A stretch of 23,200 nucleotides of DNA from Tubiluchus corallicola (Eukaryota; Animalia; Priapulida), in the NCBI GenBank assembly GCA_030141605.1, contig JAQGDQ010001858.1, positions 1 to 23,200 on the forward strand, in the 5' to 3' direction. The position numbers and the translations under genes were made by a program. Shown piece after piece: positions 12,619 to 23,200 of the stretch. A model generated the notes under the pieces. That model was not told where the DNA came from. It searched no databases and saw only the letters and a list, made by a program, of their open reading frames with translations. Each line of letters begins with the position of its first letter. Position 1 is the stretch's first letter.

Positions 12619-13313
12619 TATAAGCGTGTTTGAGAATATCGAAGTTTAATATGCGCATATAGCAAGCATAAAATTAGTGTAATTTTCGTCACACGGTTTT
12701 TTTTCTAACTGTAGTTTCCATTTAGGCTTCAACGCATGATAAGTGAAGTACGTCTGGCTAAGTGCGTATCCACCATGTATACCTAACTTGTACCAGTATG
12801 AAGATAATGTATGCAAAGTGTCTCTTATTCCATCTGTTGTGGCAAATATTGCCGTTCTGTCTCGTCTCGGCATTGACAGCAAGCAGGTCATGATTGTCCT
12901 CGTATGTGATGGTATCGATCCGTCACATTCACTAGACAGTCACATAATAATTTTAACAGTGATAATAAACCTAGAATAATTTTAAAAGTAGCAGCTAACT
13001 CTACGCGATTTTTTTAGCTTAGTTAGCTTAGCGCAATTGTAAAGCTACTATGTTTACCAGTTCAGTAGAATGTTAAACGAATTGTTCTCCAAAGTGCTAA
13101 CAATCCAGCAGTTTCTCTGGAAAGTGCAACCGAGGTTTACATCTAGCATGTAATTTCAAGTTTGTGGGCACTCTCTTAGCCACGAGCCCATATCAGCCTT
13201 GCCGGCAGGACTGTGGACTAATCTTTTCCAGTCTTTCTGTATATATTCACGTGTTTATAATTTGCAGTAAGCAGTAATCCAGTGTACGGACGGTTTTACA
13301 TTACAGCTAAGAA

Positions 13314-13698
<385 letters not shown>

Positions 13699-14094
13699 GT
13701 AAATGAAAGTGACAGATTCGCTGAAGTCAAAAAGCGACTATGTAGTTTGCTTCTCAAAACGAGTAAACCGCTTCGCAGAACATTCGTGACGCGTTTAGAC
13801 CAGGACACGCAAGCGTCAGAAATTCAACGTTTCATAGATGAGTCGTGTGACATCTCCGTTAGTGTTGAGCAGCTCAAGACTAATTATAACACGTACTCTT
13901 CGTTTGTTATTAGCTGCCACCGTACTGATGAGTACAATGAAATTATGAGCGCCGAATTATGGCCAGCCGGAACCTTAGTGAATCCATATTACGCACCAAA
14001 AATAGCAAAGAACAAAATAACTTTATCACAAACATTAACGCAAGAATCAAGACTCCCTTCGACCGGTACCTCTAAACCGTCTTTATCCACTCAT

Positions 14095-14577
14095 AAGTCA
14101 TAAGTCATTTATTTCACATTACACATTTACAATAGTTTCATGTACAATATCTAGTGAAAGGGCCTACAATGAACGTAATACAAATAAGAAATACTGCACA
14201 GGAAAAGCCTCACACACTGTTCACCTATATACAAATGTAAATGTGTTGCGGGCAATCAAAAAGCAGGGCTTGTTAGATTGTCCCACACAGTGAAAGAAAA
14301 AAAAGTAATGGAGATAATCTGAAAATTTAAAGTGAATCGTATGATAAAAAAATGATGTAATGAATGAAGCTCATATATGAGATGATATTAAAGATAAAAA
14401 GACTATTATTTGTTAATAGTATGTAAAATTAAGATAACTTGATTAAGATAACACCACTGTTTTGCCACTACTGTGAGGATGGATACTGATAGAAATTTTG
14501 ATTACTCACTGATACTTACTTAAAATTTGATTTTTTAGCATTTTTTAAAATCTAGTAAGTGAAGGGTAATGCGACAA
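14095..14577 (-). mobile_element. inverted LINE (L2/CR1-group) 3' fragment inserted at the end of ORF1
   Basis: Candidate TSD ACTCAT (14089-94, 14578-83); short (ATAAGTC)2 tail next to TTTATT; stem-loop GGGCAATC...GATTGTCCC (~14250-14284); AT-rich UTR-like body. Confidence 0.5.
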
Positions 14578-14937
14578 ACTCATCCATCATGTAACAGGAG
14601 GCGGTACCACTAACAGTTCAACTTATCTACCCGATGATGAGCTACAACAACAGCCTACTAGCGACTCTCAAGATAGCGAGCTATAATTGCAACACTGTTA
14701 TGCACCCCGAATCTCAATATGTTATTCGGGAATCGTGCAATTCGTGTGACGTAATACTTCTGCAAGAAACAATGTTGCCAAAGCAGGAACTGGGATATCT
14801 GTCGTGCATTCATCCAGATGTTCAAGGTCAAGGTGTTTCGCCTACGGACTGGAAGGAAGACCACAAGGTGGACTGGCAATTCTGTGGAAGAAGAGCCTAC
14901 CTGTTACTTGCAGAATTCTCACACTTGATGACGTTTA

Positions 14938-15328
14938 CTTTTTTTTATTTTTATTTATTATTATTATCACATTCAGTACAATATAATGACATTAAGCACA
15001 CAGTGACATCAAAATTATTACGTCTACTATATTAAATTGTTCCATGCACTATCGTTGTCCTAAAAGAATAATTGTGCTGCAGTGAGCTAGAGAAGCAAAG
15101 GTTTGTATAAGCCCACTGTTATGTGAACCCGATAAAAAGAGAATGGATGAGTGAACAAAAAAAAGAACTGGGAGAAAGGTTAGATGACACAGGAAGGGTA
15201 GAAGGATGTGTTAGTGGAGATGGTAGGAAGAAAGGTAATAGATTGGGATATGTTGACATCAGCTCTAAAGATTTATCGAAGATGACTTGTTTTGCATAAT
15301 CTGTACCAGGATTGTGGTATGAGTGTAT
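14938..15328 (-). mobile_element. inverted LINE 3' fragment splitting the endonuclease
   Basis: T-rich/(TTA)n tail at 14938-14968 and stem-loop CAGTGAGCT...AGCCCACTG (~15080-15118). The endonuclease reads ..ILTLDD before the insert and RFMGI.. after it. Confidence 0.55.
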
Positions 15329-15676
15329 GCAGGTTTATGGGTATAGTCTTCTCAATTCCTGGGAAACTTATGCCACTTTTATTGCTTAATGTTTATTTCC
15401 CCTATGAAGCAGATTGTAATATTGATGAATTTAGGCCTTGTCTAGGTAATCTCGTTTCGATTATTGACACGACAGAATCTAGTTATGTCTGTTGCATTGG
15501 GGACTACATTTGTCATCCTTATAAACGATTTTATCAGGAGCTTCATGAAACTTATAGGGCAAATGACTACGTTATATCTGATATAGCCAAAATGTCTAGT
15601 CTATCTTTTACGTTCGTAAGTGTGGTTCACAATTCTACAACTTGGCGTGACCATGTCAGTAGTAGATAGATAGATA

Positions 15677-17552
15677 TAGTTATAGTCTATTCTTAGCGTA
15701 AATGTTACTAATGTCTAATGTAATCTTGTAGTAAAACTTGTCAGCTTGTGTAGTTATAGTCTATTCTTACCGTAAATGTTACTAATGTCTAATGTAATCT
15801 TGTAGTAAAACTTGTCAGCTTGTGTAGTTATAGTCTATTCTTACCGTAAATGTTACTAATGTCTAATGTAATCTTGTAGTAAAACTTGTCAGCTTGTGTA
15901 GTTATAGTCTATTCTTACTGTAAATGTTACTAATGTCTAATGTAATCTTGTAGTAAAACTTGTCAGCTTGTGTAGTTATAGTCTATTCTTACTGTAAATG
16001 TTACTAATGTCTAATGTAATCTTGTAGTAAAACTTGTCAGCTTGTGTAGTTATAGTCTATTCTTACTGTAAATGTTACTAATGTCTAATGTAATCTTGTA
16101 GAAAAACTTGTCAGCTTGTGTAGTTATAGTCTATTTTTACTGTAAATGTTACTAATGTCTAATGTAATCTTGTAGTAAAACTTGTCAGCTTGTGTAGTTA
16201 TAGTCTATTCTTACTGTAAATGTTACTAATGTCTAATGTAATCTTGTAGTAAAACTTGTCAGCTTGTGTAGTTATAGTCTATTCTTACTGTAAATGTTAC
16301 TAATGTCTAATGTAATCTTGTAGTAAAACTTGTCAGCTTGTGTAGTTATAGTCTATTCTTACTGTAAATGTTACTAATGTCTAATGTAATCTTGTAGTAA
16401 AACTTGTCAGCTTGTGTAGTTATAGTCTATTCTTACTGTAAATGTTACTAATGTCTAATGTAATCTTGTAGTAAAACTTGTCAGCTTGTGTAGTTATAGT
16501 CTATTCTTACTGTAAATGTTACTAATGTCTAATGTAATCTTGTAGTAAAACTTGTCAGCTTGTGTAGTTATAGTCTATTCTTACTGTAAATGTTACTAAT
16601 GTCTAATGTAATCTTGTAGTAAAACTTGTCAGCTTGTGTAGTTATAGTCTATTCTTACTGTAAATGTTACTAATGTCTAATGTAATCTTGTAGTAAAACT
16701 TGTCAGCTTGTGTAGTTATAGTCTATTCTTACTGTAAATGTTACTAATGTCTAATGTAATCTTGTAGTAAAACTTGTCAGCTTGTGTAGTTATAGTCTAT
16801 TCTTACTGTAAATGTTACTAATGTCTAATGTAATCTTGTAGTAAAACTTGTCAGCTTGTGTAGTTATAGTCTATTCTTACTGTAAATGTTACTAATGTCT
16901 AATGTAATCTTGTAGTAAAACTTGTCAGCTTGTGTAGTTATAGTCTATTCTTACTGTAAATGTTACTAATGTCTAATGTAATCTTGTAGTAAAACTTGTC
17001 AGCTTGTGTAGTTATAGTCTATTCTTACTGTAAATGTTACTAATGTCTAATGTAATCTTGTAGTAAAACTTGTCAGCTTGTGTAGTTATAGTCTATTCTT
17101 ACCGTAAATGTTACTAATGTCTAATGTAATCTTGTAGTAAAACTTGTCAGCTTGTGTAGTTATAGTCTATTCTTACCGTAAATGTTACTAAAGTCTAATG
17201 TAATCTTGTAGTAAAACTTGTCAGCTTGTGTAGTTATAGTCTATTCTTACTGTAAATGTTACTAATGTCTAATGTAATCTTGTAGTAAAACTTGTCAGCT
17301 TGTGTAGTTATAGTCTATTCTTATTAAATGTTACTAATGTCTAATGTAATCTTGTAGTAAAACTTGTCAGCTTGTGTAGTTATAGTCTATTCTTACCGTA
17401 AATGTTACTAATGTCTAATGTAATCTTGTAGTAAAACTTGTCAGCTTGTGTAGTTATAGTCTATTCTTGCCGTAAATGTTACTAAAGTCTAATGTAATCT
17501 TGTAGTAAAACTTGTCAGCTTGTGTAGTTATAGTCTATTCTTACTGTAAATG
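15677..17552. repeat. 74-bp satellite array, ~25 copies
   Basis: Same unit as 2773-3068. Central copies are identical; TTACCGTAA variants occur at both edges. Confidence 0.98.
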
Positions 17553-17655
17553 TTTTTGTAAATAGTGTATAAAGTCTGTTGTGGCGAGGATCCTAAATCA
17601 TGATGTACAAACTGTCTGATCCAATCCTATAATAAATTATGTTTAAACTAAAACT
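15677..17655 (+). mobile_element. second copy of the CR1-like LINE 3' end (array plus terminus)
   Basis: 17553-17655 matches 3069-3164 with about 5 differences (stem-loop, AATAAA, TTATGTTTAAACTAAAACT). No ORF and no TSD seen. Confidence 0.85.
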
Positions 17656-18244
17656 GCTACGAATAAGCGAATAACATGCTATCATTACTTTCCCAAACGG
17701 ATGGTCAATACATAAACATGAATTATTAGCACAGGTCGCCACAGCATCTGAAGAGCAGGTCGCTGGGATTCTAGGAAGCCTATTTGGGCCTCCTAGCTGT
17801 AATTTAACTCACATCCATTATTCACGCAGGCAATAAGACAGCAGGCTGTTCAACACTCTTCCCATTCAGCATCCTTACTAATGAGTTATAGCCACTAATG
17901 ACAGGTGAATGGTTTCCGTTTAGGATACCTGTTGGGATTGTAACGGTGTCCTAATTACATTTGCGACGTGATTATATGATACCTGCCCAGTTTAGCTAAT
18001 CTATAACGATCATTTCCGTTCAAGCTAACATGACTATTAGCATGGATTAATTATTTACACACAAACTTGCGTCAGCTCAGTTAATTGAATTTAAATGAAA
18101 AAAAATTGATATTTGGGTCGTAGAAGACAAACCACGAATGTTGTTATAAATAGGTAATGGTAACTAATTGTAATAAACATATTAATAAATCAACTATATG
18201 ATGCATTTGCTGTGTACGGGCGGTTTTACATTACAGGTATATCT

Positions 18245-18986
<742 letters not shown>

Positions 18987-19029
18987 GCTCACGGAAATTT
19001 AAAAGTATTGACATCACCGGAAGTCATAC

Positions 19030-19246
19030 CTGTCGTCTTGCGTGCGTCATATCCTGGTTGACAATGCGACTTATATGTACTGACGTTGTGGCTCGAACTT
19101 TCTCTTCACCGTCTGTCAGCAATGGACCTGGATCTAGGGTGGCGGTGGATGTCTGAGATGGCAGCAAGTTGATGGCGTTGGACATCTGAGAATCACTTGG
19201 ACCAGCGTAGCTGATACTGTTCGAACGCTTGACCATTACACGCTTC
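19030..19246 (-). CDS. internal exon of the same GPCR (intracellular loop 3)
   Basis: Acceptor TTTTCTGTTTTTTTTCTGCTCCCAG|G (phase 2); open frame [18 protein letters not shown]...QDMTHARRQ; donor CAG|GTATGA (phase 0). Joins 8057 to give ARRQ-VMNML, the basic ICL3/TM6 junction. Confidence 0.8.
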
Positions 19247-19502
19247 CTGGGAGCAGAAAAAAAACAGAAAAGAGTAAAACTACCGGTTGATTGGTCGATA
19301 AAAAAGTTGTAGGCTATTGACTTATTTGTGGGTGCCATTTTAGGCTGAAGACGCAATATTTAATGCCAAAGCAAGCACAGCAAGCTTGACACAGCAAATA
19401 CTGACAGCAAGCTTGCTGTCACTAAAGTTACGGATTCAACTTCGTGACAATGCAGGAAAATACCAGATCATTACCTCATCTTCAGAAGTTCTTTAAAGTT
19501 CA

Positions 19503-20198
19503 GTGCTGATTGCAACATTTCGAACCGATCGTACTGTGCTGATTGCAACATTTCGAACCGATCGTATTGTGCTGATTGCAACATTTCGAACCGATCGTAC
19601 TGTGCTGATTGCAGCATTTCGAACCGATCGTATTGTGCTCATTTGCAACATTCGATCCGACCGTACTGTGCCGATTTGCAGCATTTCGATCCGATCGTAC
19701 TGTGCTGATAGCAACATTTCGAACCGATCGTACTGTGCTGATTGCAACATTTCGGACCGATCGTACTGTGCTGATTGCAACATTTCGAACCGATCGTACT
19801 GTGCTGATTGCAACATTTCGAACCGATCGTATTGTGCTGATTGCAACATTTCGAACCGATCGTACTGTGCTGATTGCAACATTTCGAACCGATCGTACTG
19901 TGCTGATTGCAACATTTCGAACCGATCGTACGGTGCTGATTGCAACAATTCGAACCGATCGTACTGTGCTGATTACAACATTTCGAACCGATCGTACTGT
20001 GCTGATTGCAACATTTCGAACCGATCGTATTGTGCTTATTGCAACATTTTCGATCCGATCGTATTGTGCTCATTTGCAACATTCGATCCGACCGTACTGT
20101 GCCGATTTGCAGCATTTCGAGCCGATCGTACTGTGCCGATTTGCAACATTTCGAACCGATCGTACTGTGGTGCTTGCAACATTTCGAACCGATCGTAC
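19503..20198. repeat. 33-bp minisatellite, ~21 copies
   Basis: GTGCTGATTGCAACATTTCGAACCGATCGTACT, with a variant block repeated at ~19635 and ~20065. Confidence 0.96.
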
Positions 20199-20540
20199 CG
20201 ATAACTAAGCAATTTGATTATTTGACAATCAAAAAGGGAATAATGTACCGTTTGACGATTATTTACATCGCATTCATGGTGTCTAGTAGACGGACAACCA
20301 ATTCTGTACAGGAAAAGTTTAAAACTACCCTGTCCTAAAAGATACTAAAAACCAAACAATCTACTTTACGTTGCCAGGAAGTTTCAATGGTTTTAACCAA
20401 ATTGTAAGCCGATTTAGAGAGCTTTCCTGACATTGACAACGCGAGCGGCACCTGTTGGGTCTATAAACGGAAAACAAAATGGTCTATCTCGCTTTTTACT
20501 GTAAACGTAGTACGTCTAAAGGTAGGTCAGTCATGTTTTC

Positions 20541-21616
20541 GAGAAATGTCTGTGGTCACGTGAGAAATGTCTGTGGTCACATGAGAAATGTCTGTGGTCA
20601 CGTGAGAAATGTCTGTGGTCACGTGAGAAATGTCTGTGAAATGTCTGTGATCACGTGAGAAATGTCTGTGGTCACGTGAGAAATGTCTGTGGTCACATGA
20701 GAAATGTTTGTGGTCACGTGAGAAATGTCTGTGGTCACGTGAGAAATGTCTGTGGTCACGTGAGAAATGTTTGTGGTCACGTGAGAAATGTCTGTGGTCA
20801 CGTGAGAAATGTCTGTGGTCACGTGAGAACTGTCTGTGGTCACGTGAGAAATGTCTGTGGTCACATGAGAAATGTTTGTGGTCACGTGAGAAATGTCTGT
20901 GGTCACATGAGAAATGTCTGTGGTCACATGAGAAATGTCTGTGGTCACGTGAGAAATGTCTGTGGTCACGTGAGAAATGTCTGTGGTCACGTGAGAAATG
21001 TTTGTGGTCACATGAGAAACGTTTGTGGTCACGTGAGAAATGTCTGTGGTCACGTGAGAAATGTCTGTGGTCACGTGAGAAATGTTTGTGGTCACGTGAG
21101 AAATGTCTGTGGTCACGTGAGAAATGTCTGTGGTCACGTGAGAAATGTCTGTGGTCACGTGAGAAATGTCTGTGGTCACATGAGAAATGTTTGTGGTCAC
21201 GTGAGAAATGTCTGTGGTCACGTGAGAAATGTCTGTGGTCACGTGAGAAATGTTTGTGGTCACGTGAGAAATGTCTGTGGTCACGTGAGAAATGTCTGTG
21301 GTCACGTGAGAAATGTCTGTGGTCACGTGAGAAATGTTTGTGGTCACGTGAGAAATGTCTGTGGTCACGTGAGAAATGTTTGTGGTCACGTGAGAAATGT
21401 CTGTGGTCACGTGAGAAATGTCTGTGGTCACGTGAGAAATGTCTGTGGTCACGTGAGAAATGTTTGTGGTCACATGAGAAATGTTTGTGGTCACGTGAGA
21501 AATGTCTGTGGTCACGTGAGAAATGTCTGTGGTCACGTGAGAAATGTTTGTGGTCACGTGAGAAATGTCTGTGGTCACGTGAGAAATGTGTGTGGTCACG
21601 TGAGAAATGTCTGTGG
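20541..21616. repeat. 21-bp minisatellite, ~51 copies, each with an E-box
   Basis: GAGAAATGT(C/T)TGTGGTCAC(G/A)T; tandem junctions read GTCACGTGA or GTCACATGA. Confidence 0.97.
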
Positions 21617-21803
21617 CTTTTTTATTAACTCTGCGTCTTTTTGCAACGGAGTTTTCAAAGCAAATTTTGTGCTGATGTCATTAAAATAATATCAAGTAGA
21701 GGTAATTCACAAATACGGTCTAGTTTTTCTCTGGCTGGTTTAAAATTGCAGCCGGATATCCTGTCTTCGTGATATCGTAGATGAAGTAAAAGTAAAATTA
21801 ATT

Positions 21804-22166
21804 TGGTTGTATAGTGGATATTGCGTTGCATTGGTTGTGTGTAGCTGATTATTGACGCTTGAAGAATGGCAAAGCTATGAAGAGACTGATTACAAAATGA
21901 CACGTTTATTAAACATCAACATAATAAATATAATAGATAGCAATGCCAAAAGCCCCTGATCTAACGGTATCTGTACGCTCCGGCTCCCAGACTCAATCTG
22001 AGACTAATTTTCCGAGCTGGAGGCCCCGCACGCCTTATATATCGTAGGCGGTGTCCCGACGCCTCAATTCCTGGATCACGTAATCACGTGACACCACTCC
22101 TTAACTGGCTTCATCATGCGAGCATCTATCGACATAATTATTTATCATAATCTACTGTTTTTAACA
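21804..22166 (-). mobile_element. probable solo LTR
   Basis: Begins TG, ends CA, flanked by 5-bp direct repeat TAATT (21799-803, 22167-171). On the minus strand a TATA-like ATATATAA (~22040) precedes AATAAA (~21908). Confidence 0.6.
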
Positions 22167-22303
22167 TAATTTGAGAGGTTCTCTTTACTGTAAAAAAACT
22201 GTATTTACGGTGCAACAGGTAGCTGCTGTACTCATTATAACAGGTAAAACAATATATTTAAATAACGACATTTAACTAACGAACTGAATCCTGAACTTTA
22301 ACT

Positions 22304-22331
22304 CAGTGGTTCCTAACCTTTTACTAGCCAA
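22304..22331 (+). mobile_element. hAT (Charlie-like) terminal inverted repeat, element interrupted by the RTE insertion
   Basis: CAGTGGTTCCTAACCTTTT resembles the CAGTGGTTCCCAACCT hAT terminus; the partner TIR is not in the window. Confidence 0.45.
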
Positions 22332-23200
22332 GTCGTCGTCGTCGTCGGCTTTCACTCGTTTCCGAGTATTGTCCTTTCGGTCAAAGTTACTGGCTGTGGT
22401 GGGCACGTTGGTGGCTTAACAGCCCGATCCTTGCTCGAAACATTCAGGTGCATTTGTCACATTGGATGGTGGGAGTTACCTGAGGTTGACGGGCCTTCTC
22501 TTTCCTTCGTTGACGTTTGGCTTCAATTGCTGCTCGTCTGGTTGTTTCAAAATGCTCAGTCCCTTCCTGGATGACTCTTCTCCACTTTGTTCGCTGCCGC
22601 GCTGTCTGTTCCCAGGTTTCTGGATCGATCCTTGCTGATTGCAGGGTTTCTTTTAGTTGGTCCTTGTAGCGGCGCCTAGGGCGGCCCAGGGGGCGTTTTC
22701 CAGTGCTCAGCTCACTGAAGAGGATCCTTCGGAGAAGTCTGTTTTCGTCCATACGTGCTACATGACCTGCCCACCTTAGCCGATGTTTCGTAATCATAGC
22801 TTCTATACTAGTGGTGTTGAGTCTCTCGAGAACTGAATTAATGGTGACATAATCATCCCATCTGATGTTGGAAACTGAGCGAAGCTTTTTCTGGTGGAAA
22901 TGTTCGAGTTTTTTCAGGTCTTGGCGGTACAGAGTCCATGTTTCACATCCGTAAAGGAGTGTGGAAACGACAATAGCATTATAGACCATCAGCTTGGTTC
23001 GACGAGTTAGATGAGCATTACCAAAGACACGGGTTGAGAGTCTGCCGAAAGCGGCATGGGCAGCTCTAAGCCTATTTTCCACATCCTTTGTTGAGTTGCA
23101 CTGGACGGAGAGTAGAATGCCCAGGTACGGGAAATGTTCAACACATTCTAGATCTGCACCATTAATGGAAATGTTACATACTGGTGTGGACAGTGACGCT
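22332..23200 (-). mobile_element. RTE-1/BovB-like LINE, 3' portion (RT thumb and C-terminal domains), continues past the window edge
   Basis: Frame is open from 23200: VEHFPYLG..., AFGRL, TLLYGCETW, RLRWAGHVARM, GRPRRRYKD, then C2H2 finger CDKCT*MFRARIGLLSHQRAH with in-frame TGA at 22444 and natural stop at 22387. (GAC)5 tail at 22332-22346. Confidence 0.92.

Larger units (their letters stand above)
13700..15660 (+). pseudogene. decayed non-LTR retrotransposon (RTE-X/L2-like): ORF1 C-terminus and APE endonuclease, broken by nested insertions
   Basis: ORF1-type FVTRL..DT...EQLKTNYNTYSSFVI...LWPAGTLV (13740-14094). APE motifs IASYNCN, DVILLQET and GRPQGGLAILWKK (frameshifted; 14634-14935), then NVYFPY, IGDY and FTFVS..HNSTTWRDH (15330-15660). 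No RT domain follows. Confidence 0.8.

Noticed and set aside
15677-17552. CRISPR-like regular array (also 19503-20198 and 20541-21616)
   Set aside because: Units are contiguous with no unique spacers, there are no cas genes, and the context is eukaryotic.
17656-17800. Possible old CR1 3' remnant (HYFPKRMVNT, GGAAGCC..GGGCCTCC)
   Set aside because: Too short and degenerate to support.
19493-21689. Cys/His-rich repeat ORFs (RNVCGHV, TTDISHV, SNRSYCADCNI)
   Set aside because: Open in several frames on both strands because unit lengths are multiples of 3; no evidence of coding constraint.

Overview
AT-rich, repeat-dense eukaryotic (animal, probably invertebrate) genomic DNA, not prokaryotic. 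The only host-gene signal is the 3' part of a rhodopsin-family (class A) peptide-receptor-like GPCR on the minus strand. An intracellular-loop-3 exon (19030-19246) splices in frame across a ~11 kb intron to a TM6-TM7-helix 8 terminal exon (7773-8057); earlier exons presumably lie beyond 23200. The rest is transposon debris and tandem repeats. These include two copies of a CR1-like LINE 3' end whose 3' UTR carries a 74-bp tandem unit (4 copies in one insertion, ~25 in the other), an RTE-X/L2-like LINE ruin with nested insertions, two RTE-clade fragments and a probable solo LTR. There are also TA- and TTAA-flanked MITEs, a probable SINE, several minisatellites (42, 34, 33, 24, 21 bp) and compound microsatellites. 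Most ORFs in the supplied track are repeat artefacts. I see no clear novel protein system. The best leads are LINE-borne satellite amplification, complementary repeats bracketing the GPCR intron, and a ~50-copy E-box minisatellite. Family assignments come from motif recognition by eye, not database searches.
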